Source: Dehalococcoidia bacterium (lineage in GTDB: Bacteria > Chloroflexota > Dehalococcoidia > Plut-88900). From it: 64,000 bases of DNA. A program made the position numbers and the translations under genes. Each line of letters begins with the position of its first letter. Position 1 is the stretch's first letter. The DNA lies in NCBI GenBank assembly GCA_965197585.1, contig OZ240215.1:352001-416000 (forward strand), in the 5' to 3' direction. The notes below the pieces were generated by a model. That model worked only from the letters and a program-made list of their open reading frames with translations, had not been told where the DNA came from and made no database searches. Positions 53,927 through 64,000 of this stretch are shown here, in pieces.

Positions 53927-56900
53927 CTAGTGGGCCCTCACCGTCACTATCACGCTATCTGTCGCCGAGCCACCTCCGCCGTCCGTGACCGTTAAAGTTA
54001 ATATGACAGTCTGAGGTACAACCCCAGGCGCGGGAGCTGTCCATACGGTGTCCTCCGAACTTTCGTCGGCAAAGTGCCCGATATCGGGGCTGGCAGTCCA
54101 GAAGTAGGAAAGCGTGTCGTTCTCCGGGTCGCTGGACGTGCCGTTCAGCGAGACCGCATTGCAGCCGTTCACGGTAGCCAAATCGGGCGAAACGGAAACC
54201 TTGGGCGCGCTGTTACCCGTTACCTGAGTAATGATGATCGTGTAGGTCCGTGTAGTGGCCCCATCCTCGGCGGTGACTGTCACTGCAATGCTTGTAATGC
54301 CAGGATGTACTGCTATCTGATGGCCTGCTCTGAGCACATCGGAGTCGACTGTGGGACCGAATGTCACAGTAGCGTTCGTTTCGGCGGTTGTGGCGGAGAC
54401 CGTTGCCTGGGTCACCGTACTGCCGACCGTTAAGGTATATAAGGTGGTCTCAGCCCTGAACTCGCTAATGTCCACAGGATTTACAGCGAGGGATCTCAGT
54501 GCGGCATCTGTCGAAGGCACCCGGGCGTTCACCACTTCAGACCAACCCCCGATTCCCACCGCGTTTCCAGCGGACACTCGCACGTCGTAGCTGGTTCCTG
54601 CAACAAGGACAACGGAGTCGAGAGTAGTGATCGTATATGTCGTGCCAGTCACGGTCCATTGGTCAATCACGGTGACGCATTCATCACTTCCCTCGATGTC
54701 TCCAGACCCACTTTCGTTCTCCCAGCCCTCATTCTCAGGACAACCCGGTGCGAGTGTGGACCTCCATTGCACCAGATATTCAGTAATTGGGTCACCTCCA
54801 TCGCTTAGAGGCGGGGACCACCTCACCGCCAAACCGTTGACGGCACGGCGATAAGTAGCCATCGGCGAGGTTGGAGCGGAGGGTATGCCTGACGCCACCT
54901 CCCCCGACACTCCGCTCGCGGTCTTCTCCGGTCCCCTCCGGTCGGTATACGTAGCCGTAGCCCGTAGATAGTTACCTATATCGGCAACCACCGGTGCATA
55001 ACTGGCTGTTGTGGTGTTGACGATGGTAACCCAGGGGCCATCGGAATTGTCAGAGTGCTCCCATAGCCAGGACTCGACAGCGCTGGCGGGAATGAGCCCC
55101 AAGTTGTCGAGCGGAATGTAGTTGTCCGGGTCCATCACCCTAGCGGTCATCACCTCTCCCACCTGCGGGGATAATGGTGAGAGCGACACGTTGCCGTCCT
55201 CCTCAACATCTACCACTCTGATGGTAACTCCTATAGCGTCGTCTACACTTAAGTCAGTGTTTCCGTGCGCATCCTTGCCATCCGACACCGATACAGTCAC
55301 CGCATATAAAACCTTGATTTCATAGTCCAGCGTTGTGCCTCCTGCCACCCCTATCTGCCCTGTGCCGTCGATCACGAAAGACGAGGCATCCATCCCACCC
55401 AGTACATAGGTAAGGCTATCGCTCTCTTCGTCTACAGCCTCTACCGGCTCGCCCACGTCGCCTCCTGCCCCACTTCCTTCATCCACGTAGCGCTCACCCG
55501 TTTCGGACACGGGAAACGAAGGCGTGCTGTTCACCGCCGCCACGATGATTTGTACTACGCTCGTATCACTCACCTCCAACTCATCGGTGACGGTCAAGGT
55601 CAAGGTGACGACCAGATCCTGATTCGTGGCTGGAGGAGCAGTCCATGTGGTGTCCTTCGCATCGGCGTCATCGAAGGTTCCGTCGCCTGACCAGGCATAG
55701 GTCAGCAGGCCTTGCTCAGGGTCAGACCCTCCGCCGGAAAGTGAGATCATCCCATCACCCTGGATGGTGTCGTTCGATGCGTAAGCTTCAGCTAATGGGC
55801 CCTGATTTGCCTCCACCGTCACGATAGCTGTAGCTGTCCCCTGCTCTCGCGGGGTGCCATTGTCAGTCATGGTGAGGATCAAGGTCACGGTCTGGACCTC
55901 GGCAAGGGGGGCGGGAGCCGTCCACGTAGTGTCCTCCATCATGGTGTCACCAAATTCACCGATGTTCGCTGGAGTCGTGGTCCAGATGTAAGTGAGCGTA
56001 TCCTCGGTGGAGTCGCTAGACGCGCCGTCGAGAGTGACAACTCCACGCCCGAGCACGCTCGCCGGGGAAGGTAAAGTGGTAACCGTGACGGTTGGCTTGC
56101 TGTTATCGTCATCGTCAATCGTTACGGAGACAATCCTGGTATCCGATTCGACACTAACGATGCTCTGGCTGGGCAAGCCCATCATCACGTCAAAGGTCTC
56201 TGCTTCCTCGTCTACATTATCCTGGACTATCGCAATGCCCACGTTTTTGGCTGCTCGATAGAAAGTGTCGCCATTTATCTGAATTGCAGAGAAGTCCCGT
56301 CCAGCAAAGACTAGGCTGTCGCTTAACTCCGCGTAGTCTTCGCCAGCCTTTGCAGATCCGTCCGAGGTCGTGATGGGAATCGAGAATTGGCCGTGAGGCA
56401 TTTGGTCGTATTCCGTGGCTACGGTAATGGTTACAGTTGCCTGGCCTATACCCTCGTTAACAGGATTAGGTGATACAGATAGCACAGCCTCAGACTCCGG
56501 CAAATCATCGTCCTCCACAACTATAGTGGCAGTTGCCCCGTCAGTATCAATGATGTACCAGTCCTCGGGCTTGATCCTCATCTCGATCGTGGAATGTTTC
56601 TCCCAAACGATGTCGTCGGCGGTCTCCACGCTGAACACTGCTGTAATCTGATTCGGCTCGATCTCCCGGAGCGGGGAAGTGTTTTCGATGGCGTCCGAGA
56701 GTATGTCCCCGTGTCCCTGGCCATAAATCACATCCAGTTCATCCATCCCCACCCGCACTTCCAGTACGTCCCCAGCCACCTCGGATCTTTCTATCTCGAA
56801 GCGCAGCAAGTTGCCCTCTGTGGCGGGATTGTCAGTCAACGTTGTTATACTGACCGAGGGTTTGGCCCTTGTTATAGCCATGCTGTAATCCTGCGCCGAG

Positions 56901-59900
56901 TCTCCTCTGACAACCCGAACTTTCAATGTGGTTTTACCAATCCCCAGGTAGACTTGGTGGCCGTCCGCCATATCGTCAAGATCGTCGTAAGGGTTATTGT
57001 ATGAGTCCAGGAAAGAGACTTCGGCGTTGGACTCGGATGTGGCGGTAATGGTTATCAGATGAGTCCCATACCCAACGTCGGGAACGTTATAGGAGAATTG
57101 GGTGGAAGAGAATGTAGTCGTGAGAGTGCCAGTGTTGACGGCCAGGGCAGTGAGGGCAGGAGGCCTCACAGTCACGTCATCGTCAGTAATCGTGATTGAT
57201 ATATTGTTGAAGCTGGAATCTAAAGTGACTAGATTGTCGGAGGGTCTACCCATGCCTACACTAAAGGACTCATCGTCTTCGTCAACGCTGTCCTGTAAGA
57301 TGGAAATGTCGGCGGTCTTGAAGGCTCGGTATCGAGTAATGCCATCTAGGTAGACCACGGCAAAGTCCGACTCGGGAAAAATTAACGTGGTATCCAGCGC
57401 CGTGTAGTCTTCACCTGACTCAGCTGTGCTGTCGGAAGTGGTTAAGGGAATCGTGGCCTTGCCGTGGGGTCTTTTGTCACCTTTTGTCGTCACTGTAATG
57501 GCGGCTATGGTCTCACCCATGTGCTCACCGATGGGATTGGGAGAAACGATAAGCACGGCCTCCGACTCCACGAAATCATCATCCTTCACGACAACCGAGG
57601 CAGTGCCACTTTCTAAATCAATGGCATAAAGGTCGTCCGCTACGACCTGCACCTCAATCTGGGAGTGGTTCTCCCAGGCGTTATCCCCCATTGTTTCCAC
57701 TTCCACAGTGGTCGTGGTATCGTTACTTGCAATTTCATAGGTCAGAGACACCCCTTCTTCGGAGTCGGGAAAGAGATCACCTGGGTCGGAGTTAGAGTCA
57801 ACACCCAGTTCGCTGGTGGCGACAGTGACGGTTAAGATGTCGCCTGCGGCCATTGACCTCTTCAATTCAAACCTGAGGGTGTCGCCTTCGGTACCGGGTC
57901 CGGTGGTCAAGGAACTAATGCTGACTGTGGGCTTTGCCCTTGTTATCACAAGGGTATAGTCCTGAGTGACTCCTCCCTTGGCTACCCTCACCTTGACGGT
58001 AGTATTCCCTATCTTGAGGGATACCTGCTGACCTTCGGTCATATCGTCGAGATCGACGATGACGCTATTGGAAGAGTCCAGAAAAGAGACTTCGGCACTG
58101 GACTCGGGTGTGGCGGTAATGGTCATAAGGTGAGTCCCATACCCAACATCGGGGATGTTGTAGGAGAGATGGCCGGAGGAGAACATTGGCGTTAGCGTAC
58201 CAGCGTTGATGGTCAAGCCAGTGAGGACTGGAGGCGTTACAGTCACGTCATCGTCAGTAATCGTGACGGATATATTGGCGGAGCCAGGGTCTAAAATGAC
58301 TAAATTGTCGGAGGGAGTTCCCATGGCAACGTCAAAGGACTCACTGTCTTCGTCAACGCTGTCCTGTGTGATGGAGATGTCAGTGGTTTTGAAGGCTCGG
58401 TATTGAGTATTACCACCTAGGTCGATCTGGGTGAAGTCCGACTCGGCGAAAGTTAGAGTCGTGTCCAGTTCCGTATAATCTTCCCCCGAGGTGGCCGTGT
58501 CATCAGAGGTGGTTAGGGGAATAGTGACCGTGCCGTGGGGTATTTGGTCACCTTTTGTAGTAGTGGTCACGGTGACTGTGGTTTTGCCCGCTCCTTCGCT
58601 CACTGGGTTCAGAGAAACACTAAGCACGGCCTCTGACTCCACGAATTCATCATCCTTCACGACAACCGAGGCAGTGCCACTTTCTGAGTCGATAGTGTAA
58701 GAGTCACCCGCCACGACCTCAACCTCGATCTTGGAGTGGTTCTCCCAGGTGTTATCCCCTATTGTTTCCACTTCTACAGTGACCGTGGTCTCGTTACTTG
58801 CGATTTCATAGGACAGATACGCCCCTTCTTCGGAGTTGGGGAAGAGATCGCCTGGGTCGGAGTCTGCGTCAACACCTAGCTCGCCGATGGCGACACTAAC
58901 GGCTAAGGCGTCGCCTGCAGCTATAGATCTCTTCAACTCGAATTTGAGGGTGTCGCCTTCGGTGCCTGGTCCGGTGGTCAAGGAACTAATGCTGACTGTG
59001 GGCTTTGCCCTTGCAATGGTGAGGGTGTAGTCCTGAGTAACTCCTCCCTTGGCAACTCTCACCTTGACGGTGGTACTGCCTATCTTGAGGGATACCTGCT
59101 GGCCTTCGGTCATATCGTCGAGATCGACGAGGACGCTATTGGAAGAGTCCAGAAAAGAGACTTCGGCACCTGACTCGGGTGCGGCGGTAATGGTTATAAG
59201 ATGAGTCCCATACCCAACGTCGGGGACGTTATAGGAGAGATGGCTGGAGGAGAACATTGGAGTTAGCGTGCCAGGGTTGATGGTCAAGCCAGTGAGGACT
59301 GGAAGCGTTACAGTCACGTCATCGTCAGTAATCGTGACGGATATATTGGCGGAGCCGGAGTCTAAAGTGACTAGCGTATCGGAGGGAGTGCCCATATCTA
59401 CATTAAAGGACTCACTGTCTTCGTCAACACTGTCCTGTGTGATGGAGATGTCAGCGGTCTTGATGGCTCTGTATCGAGTATTGCCTTCCAGGTCGATTTG
59501 GGTGAAGTCCGACTCGGCGAAAGTTAGAGTCGTGTCCAGTTCCGTATAATCTTCCCCCGATGTGGCTGTGCCGTTGGAAGTGGATAGGGGAATCGTGATC
59601 TTGCCGTGGGGTTTTTGGTCTCCTTTCGTCGTCACTGTGATGGTGGCTATGGTCTTACCCATGTCCTCGCCGATGGGATTAGGGGAGACGCTAAGCATGG
59701 CCTCCGACTCCACGAATTCATCATCCTTCACGACGATCGAGGCCCGACTGCTTTCCGTGTCAATGATGTACAAGTCGTCGCTCACTATCTTCATCTCGAT
59801 TTTTGAGTGGTTCTCCCATACCTCGTCCCCAGCAGTCTTAACCTTCACAATAGCAGTTGAGTCACCTGCCTCGATGTAGTACAGGGGCGACTTATCTTCC

Positions 59901-60721
59901 ACAGAGTCGGGCAGAATGTCATCGTGGACTTCGCCTGGGATCGCGTCGAGTTCATCCGCGGCTACCCGTACAGCCAGGAAGTCGGGCGCACCGGCAGACC
60001 TCATTATTTCGAACTGCAGCGTGTCGCCCTCGATAGCAGGTCCCGTGGTTAAGGCCCGGATGCTGACCGTGGGTTTGGATCTGGTTATGACTAGGGTGTA
60101 GTCCCGGTAAGGATCTCCCTTGTACACGCTTACATTGACCGTCGTCTCCCCTACGGCGAGGGATATCTGGTGGCCTGGGGTCATTTCGTCCAGGTCTTCC
60201 AGCGGTTTCCACGAAACGTCATAAAAGTAGGGGCCATCGATGCCGGGCCCCGCGGTGGCGGTGATAGTGAGGGTTCGATTGGAATATGGGACATCCGGTA
60301 CGGTGTAATTCACATGGTCACCGATGAAAGTGGGGGTGAGAGTTCCAGCGCTCACGCTGAGGGAAGTAAGAACAGGGTCACTAGATCGAATTTCACTGAG
60401 ATTGCTGGGATTTACGCTGTACCCGTTCCAGTAATCCACTGGGCTGAAACGGAGATCGAATAGACTGCCGTTACTGGTCTGACCTGGGTCGAGGTCAAGA
60501 TAATAGTCACCTGCATCCCCTGTGCCTGTGGTGCTGCCCTCAGATCCGGTGGACGGCAAAGAGGAATCCCTAAATCGAAGAGGGTTATCTCTGAGGACAT
60601 CGATTGAGTACTCTCTCAATTCGAGGTGTGGCTGTGGCGACCCGAGTGCCAAGGAGTCCCGCGAGCTCGGACCAATATCAGGTATAACTCCCGCTGCGGT
60701 TCCGAAAAGCAACGCCGCCAC
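53927..60721 (-). CDS. Giant repetitive surface protein (cadherin-like, Calx-beta, PKD-like, cadherin and FN3 domains)
   Basis: 2264 aa, Thr/Asp/Ser-rich; four ~357-aa units with TATSGEDY and DSVDEDSESF; LDYE; WSPPLSDGGDPITEY. Confidence 0.88.
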   Translation of the reverse strand: MAALLFGTAAGVIPDIGPSSRDSLALGSPQPHLELREYSIDVLRDNPLRFRDSSLPSTGSEGSTTGTGDAGDYYLDLDPGQTSNGSLFDLRFSPVDYWNGYSVNPSNLSEIRSSDPVLTSLSVSAGTLTPTFIGDHVNYTVPDVPYSNRTLTITATAGPGIDGPYFYDVSWKPLEDLDEMTPGHQISLAVGETTVNVSVYKGDPYRDYTLVITRSKPTVSIRALTTGPAIEGDTLQFEIMRSAGAPDFLAVRVAADELDAIPGEVHDDILPDSVEDKSPLYYIEAGDSTAIVKVKTAGDEVWENHSKIEMKIVSDDLYIIDTESSRASIVVKDDEFVESEAMLSVSPNPIGEDMGKTIATITVTTKGDQKPHGKITIPLSTSNGTATSGEDYTELDTTLTFAESDFTQIDLEGNTRYRAIKTADISITQDSVDEDSESFNVDMGTPSDTLVTLDSGSANISVTITDDDVTVTLPVLTGLTINPGTLTPMFSSSHLSYNVPDVGYGTHLITITAAPESGAEVSFLDSSNSVLVDLDDMTEGQQVSLKIGSTTVKVRVAKGGVTQDYTLTIARAKPTVSISSLTTGPGTEGDTLKFELKRSIAAGDALAVSVAIGELGVDADSDPGDLFPNSEEGAYLSYEIASNETTVTVEVETIGDNTWENHSKIEVEVVAGDSYTIDSESGTASVVVKDDEFVESEAVLSVSLNPVSEGAGKTTVTVTTTTKGDQIPHGTVTIPLTTSDDTATSGEDYTELDTTLTFAESDFTQIDLGGNTQYRAFKTTDISITQDSVDEDSESFDVAMGTPSDNLVILDPGSANISVTITDDDVTVTPPVLTGLTINAGTLTPMFSSGHLSYNIPDVGYGTHLMTITATPESSAEVSFLDSSNSVIVDLDDMTEGQQVSLKIGNTTVKVRVAKGGVTQDYTLVITRAKPTVSISSLTTGPGTEGDTLRFELKRSMAAGDILTVTVATSELGVDSNSDPGDLFPDSEEGVSLTYEIASNDTTTTVEVETMGDNAWENHSQIEVQVVADDLYAIDLESGTASVVVKDDDFVESEAVLIVSPNPIGEHMGETIAAITVTTKGDKRPHGKATIPLTTSDSTAESGEDYTALDTTLIFPESDFAVVYLDGITRYRAFKTADISILQDSVDEDDESFSVGMGRPSDNLVTLDSSFNNISITITDDDVTVRPPALTALAVNTGTLTTTFSSTQFSYNVPDVGYGTHLITITATSESNAEVSFLDSYNNPYDDLDDMADGHQVYLGIGKTTLKVRVVRGDSAQDYSMAITRAKPSVSITTLTDNPATEGNLLRFEIERSEVAGDVLEVRVGMDELDVIYGQGHGDILSDAIENTSPLREIEPNQITAVFSVETADDIVWEKHSTIEMRIKPEDWYIIDTDGATATIVVEDDDLPESEAVLSVSPNPVNEGIGQATVTITVATEYDQMPHGQFSIPITTSDGSAKAGEDYAELSDSLVFAGRDFSAIQINGDTFYRAAKNVGIAIVQDNVDEEAETFDVMMGLPSQSIVSVESDTRIVSVTIDDDDNSKPTVTVTTLPSPASVLGRGVVTLDGASSDSTEDTLTYIWTTTPANIGEFGDTMMEDTTWTAPAPLAEVQTVTLILTMTDNGTPREQGTATAIVTVEANQGPLAEAYASNDTIQGDGMISLSGGGSDPEQGLLTYAWSGDGTFDDADAKDTTWTAPPATNQDLVVTLTLTVTDELEVSDTSVVQIIVAAVNSTPSFPVSETGERYVDEGSGAGGDVGEPVEAVDEESDSLTYVLGGMDASSFVIDGTGQIGVAGGTTLDYEIKVLYAVTVSVSDGKDAHGNTDLSVDDAIGVTIRVVDVEEDGNVSLSPLSPQVGEVMTARVMDPDNYIPLDNLGLIPASAVESWLWEHSDNSDGPWVTIVNTTTASYAPVVADIGNYLRATATYTDRRGPEKTASGVSGEVASGIPSAPTSPMATYRRAVNGLAVRWSPPLSDGGDPITEYLVQWRSTLAPGCPENEGWENESGSGDIEGSDECVTVIDQWTVTGTTYTITTLDSVVLVAGTSYDVRVSAGNAVGIGGWSEVVNARVPSTDAALRSLAVNPVDISEFRAETTLYTLTVGSTVTQATVSATTAETNATVTFGPTVDSDVLRAGHQIAVHPGITSIAVTVTAEDGATTRTYTIIITQVTGNSAPKVSVSPDLATVNGCNAVSLNGTSSDPENDTLSYFWTASPDIGHFADESSEDTVWTAPAPGVVPQTVILTLTVTDGGGGSATDSVIVTVRAH

Positions 60722-61305
60722 CGCAATCCCTATGGCCCGGAGAGCTAGCAGACAACTCCAACCACGATCATCCCAAGAGCGCCACTTCCACCACGGATGT
60801 CCTATTCGCAGACGACCATTGCCAACGCCCGACTTCGGGCCTTGTGCCGAGGATGAGCCTTTGGGAATCGTCTCGATATCCTAGCTAAGCTCGACTCTAT
60901 TGCCCATGAAGACACTCGTCGCAACTCCTGCAATGCAGCAATAGGGAGAGATCATTTAGAGGGGCTTTGTAAACCATTCAGGATCCGCTCGGAGTACCTA
61001 ACCCGCAGGGACAAAGGAGAGCAACAAGCACTAGGTATGACTTCATGCATTCAATCCCAATAGATAGTGTACTACGAACATATCGTCTGATGCTACTAAC
61101 CAATCATACAGAAGTATCAGATACTTACGTTGGGGTCAAGCCCGCGTACGAACTAAAGTTGGAGGGTAGGCTAGGTGCTGGAACGCTCCTCGCAGACTTA
61201 TTGACCAGCACGTGAGACCGGGTTACAGCTCTCACTGCGAGGACAGAGGAGTGGTCCTTCGCTAGGGTCTGGAAAGGTGGGTTGGAGCAGTTGACAGGGA
61301 GGCGA

Positions 61306-61500
61306 CTACTCCAAGATGGGGTACCCGTAGTCGGGCTCAGAGGAGATGACATGGCCAGCCTCAGCTAGGAGGCTTGTGGTTGCTTCGGTGAAGCAGATGA
61401 TTTCTGGGCTGTGGGTTAATGGCCTTCTAAGAATCTCGTTACAGAGGGGTGAGCGAGAGGTATCCCATTGCACGTTCCAGTTAAGTACCGTCAAAGGCAT
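61306..61500 (-). pseudogene. Endonuclease/exonuclease/phosphatase N-terminal fragment
   Basis: LTVLNWNV...PEIICFTE, then a stop after ~64 aa. Confidence 0.6.
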
Positions 61501-61658
61501 GATTGGTCTCTTGGCACATAGGCGGGAGGTTAGGTGAAAGGTCAGAGAAAGGTACGCCTGAGCGCACCATAGCCCGGGATGTCTTACTCTGGGCAAATGG
61601 GAAGGGAGCAGCCCACGCGCTTCAGGCCTAGTAGCCTCTTGCTCGACCGGGCATCAGC

Positions 61659-63146
61659 TCAGCCATCCATATAGCTGGTGGCCATGGTCAAGGACTCCAC
61701 TTCTTCGGCATCTTCCACTTTCATCAGCAGAGCCGGCAGAATGGCAACCAAGGCCAGGAACCCCGCGATCATAAAAAGGTTCTGGAAGACGGTCACCCCT
61801 GCTTCTATCAAGGGGCCCTCGGTCTCCTCGAATGTCTCTCCAATCGTCACGTGGGAGGTTAGGCTGTAGAAGCGTTCTATACCCCAGGCGGACAACGCTG
61901 ATAGTCCCATTGCCATACCCACCATTCGTGACGCGGTTACCAATGAGGCGGCGGCCCCCCAATAGTGACTAGGCGCCGCGCTCAAAGCGCTGGTGTTTAT
62001 GGCAGGGATTACCAATCCAAATCCTAGACCCGTCATGGCCAAGGGCACAGATAGCCTGAGTTCCTCCACCTCCGTCTCCCAACCGCTCATGAACAGCAGG
62101 CCCGTTCCTATAAACGCCAGGCCGGTGATGCACACCGCCCTGACTCCAGTCCAGCGCAGAATGTAACCTCCTACCACCGCTCCTATCGGAATGGCTGCCG
62201 TAAGACGGACTAAGTGGAGGGCGCTCTCCCATGCCGACTTCTCCATGACGGTGGCGGCCATAAGAGGGACGGCTACCAAAGCAATGATCAAGGCGACCCC
62301 CACCAGGAACTGCGAAATGTTGGAGGACAAGAACGCTCTCGAGCGGTAAAGGAAAGATGCGAGCAGGGGCTGGACCGCACGTCTCTCCACCAGGATCAAT
62401 ACCAAGACCAGTATGATTCCAAGCCCTATCATAAGGTAGGGGATAATGGACTCTACTGAAAAGATGCTTCTCTGAGACAGCGCAATAGTTAGAACGGTGA
62501 GGGCTCCTCCCAACGCCAGCGCCCCAAAGTAGTCCATTTTAGCCGCAGGATTGGCGCGATTCGGCAAGATGGCCAAAAGCGCTATTAGAATGAAGCTCTG
62601 GGGTATGTCCAGCCAAAATATCCACCGCCAACCGACCCATTCGATTATGGCGCCTCCGTAGAGGGGGCCCAAGACAGACCCGGCTTCTGCTGAGGCGGCC
62701 ACGAGTCCCAGGGCAATTCCCCTTTGCTTCGGTGCTACAGCTCCCACCGCCATAGCCAGCCCTATGGGGACCGTGGCCCCTCCCCCGACGGCTTGAAGCA
62801 CCCTGGCCGACACTACCCAAGGGAAGTTCGGAGCTACCGCAACAAACGCCGATCCGATGGAGAACAGAAGAAGCGCCGCCTGAAACATCCTGACGCGGCC
62901 GTGGACATCGGACAAACGCCCCGCCAACGGCATGGCCACTGTGTAGCTGACCAGATACCCGGTTACTATCCAGGATGCTCTGTCTAAGTCCGTAAGGGGG
63001 ATTTCTAAATCCACCATTACGCTTGGCAGCGCGGCAACTACCACTGTCTGGTCCAGGGCAGTCGAGAATACCCCTAGGCAAAGAATTCCTAGAACAACCG
63101 ACTGGGAAGAACCCAGGGACGTGAGGCGAGACCTAACAGCGTTCAC
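61659..63146 (-). CDS. 14-TM MFS transporter (DHA2; P55/Rv1410c-like)
   Basis: ALDQTVVVAALP, WIVTGY, GRLSDVHGR, RVLQAVGGG, LGPLYGG, WRWIFW. Confidence 0.9.
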   Translation of the reverse strand: MNAVRSRLTSLGSSQSVVLGILCLGVFSTALDQTVVVAALPSVMVDLEIPLTDLDRASWIVTGYLVSYTVAMPLAGRLSDVHGRVRMFQAALLLFSIGSAFVAVAPNFPWVVSARVLQAVGGGATVPIGLAMAVGAVAPKQRGIALGLVAASAEAGSVLGPLYGGAIIEWVGWRWIFWLDIPQSFILIALLAILPNRANPAAKMDYFGALALGGALTVLTIALSQRSIFSVESIIPYLMIGLGIILVLVLILVERRAVQPLLASFLYRSRAFLSSNISQFLVGVALIIALVAVPLMAATVMEKSAWESALHLVRLTAAIPIGAVVGGYILRWTGVRAVCITGLAFIGTGLLFMSGWETEVEELRLSVPLAMTGLGFGLVIPAINTSALSAAPSHYWGAAASLVTASRMVGMAMGLSALSAWGIERFYSLTSHVTIGETFEETEGPLIEAGVTVFQNLFMIAGFLALVAILPALLMKVEDAEEVESLTMATSYMDG

Positions 63147-63925
63147 TGTCCTGAGGCGATATCTGGGAGTTTGATGTCGACTGGGGCATTGACATTCATG
63201 ATTCCCACTAGGCGGCTGGTTTCCGGAGCGTCGTCATTGAAAAGCTTGCCGATCATTCTGAACTGCCGCAATGTATATCCAGCTTCGTCAAACCAAAAGG
63301 TCAGCTGGATTGGATGGCCTGAGTCTACGGACGTGATGAGCTTCGACATCTCCTCAGACATAACATTTCCATCCAAGCGGACGGCTTGGATACCGTCTAC
63401 AGACTCCCGGCCCGTAAAAGATACATCCTTGAGGATGGGCAGCAATTCGCTCAAAGTAACGCCCATCCCTCCGAAATTAAAGGGTACCTGCTCTAGAGGC
63501 AGTGGGGCCCACGGCGCGTCTCTGGAGAACTTCATGTATGCCTGTTCCCCGACCGCCATCATTTCGATTGCCACAAATCCAAAATTTGGAGTCTCCACGT
63601 TCACCAGCATCCTGAAACCGTCGGGAGATTTAATTTCTCCTTCCACGCTCTTTAAAGTCATCCCAAAGAATTGGGATCCCGACTCCAATTCGTCGATCAT
63701 TTGAAACTTTGCCGTGGACATTTCGGCCAACCCTTGGCCCGCGCTCGAAAGGACACTATCCAGCGTCAGCTCAGGGGTTGGTGTGGGAGTCGGCGCAACA
63801 GTGGGTTCGGAGGTCGGCGCAGCCGTGGGTGCCGGTTCTGCTCCACATGCCGCTGCCAGCAACATCAACCCCATCACCAACACTGTGATTGACAACCTGC
63901 GCCGTAGTATCTTGGTCAGGTCCAT
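63143..63925 (-). CDS. LppX/LprAFG-like lipoprotein
   Basis: Lipobox LAAAC, Pro/Thr linker, GRESVDGI, NAPVDIKLP C-terminus; stop overlaps the MFS start. Confidence 0.72.
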   Translation of the reverse strand: MDLTKILRRRLSITVLVMGLMLLAAACGAEPAPTAAPTSEPTVAPTPTPTPELTLDSVLSSAGQGLAEMSTAKFQMIDELESGSQFFGMTLKSVEGEIKSPDGFRMLVNVETPNFGFVAIEMMAVGEQAYMKFSRDAPWAPLPLEQVPFNFGGMGVTLSELLPILKDVSFTGRESVDGIQAVRLDGNVMSEEMSKLITSVDSGHPIQLTFWFDEAGYTLRQFRMIGKLFNDDAPETSRLVGIMNVNAPVDIKLPDIASGQ

Positions 63926-64000
63926 CTGCTAATCTCCACGACCATGCGACCAGAGGAACAGTCGCAATCTCACGCGGGCAGGTCCTTATGACACTCTAAT

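Noticed and set aside
1-64000. CRISPR array or cas genes
   Set aside because: No run of identical repeats with unique spacers; the repeats at 14830 and 16821 have only two full copies

Overview
The window has two parts. (1) Positions 1-~31.6 kb are the right-hand portion of a GC-rich integrative and conjugative element (ICE) inserted at the 3' end of tRNA-Glu(CTC); its left end lies outside the window. The leftward-transcribed arm carries a complete prokaryotic ubiquitin-like module of the PRTRC type (Ub-like, two accessory ORFs, E2-like, JAB, ThiF/E1), an SF2 helicase, a DNA amino-methyltransferase, RadC, SSB, a stand-alone TSCPD-like domain, a Rad52-like annealase and a DnaG-type primase. 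A repeat-rich divergent intergenic region (candidate oriT) follows. The rightward arm is a minimal T4SS operon (VirB6, two pilins, a PrgI fusion, VirB4, VirD4, a tandem Replic_Relax relaxase). It is followed by four XRE genes facing an ImmR/ImmA-like pair, an RHH gene and a large serine recombinase whose last codons are read antisense through the tRNA. (2) Positions ~31.6-64 kb are host chromosome: a REP-rich spacer, a PYROXD2/amidohydrolase/F420 catabolic cluster, selA, an Smr protein, rarA, an LLM oxidoreductase, ltaE, an interrupted alpha/beta hydrolase, a licD/licC-like cassette, lspA, rluD, a split gltX, tRNA-Gln, hicAB, lipoproteins, a 2264-aa repetitive surface protein and an LprG/P55-like pair. 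Gene content suggests a Chloroflexota host (Dehalococcoidia/SAR202-like), which is an inference. All family calls come from reading motifs by eye; no database search was run.
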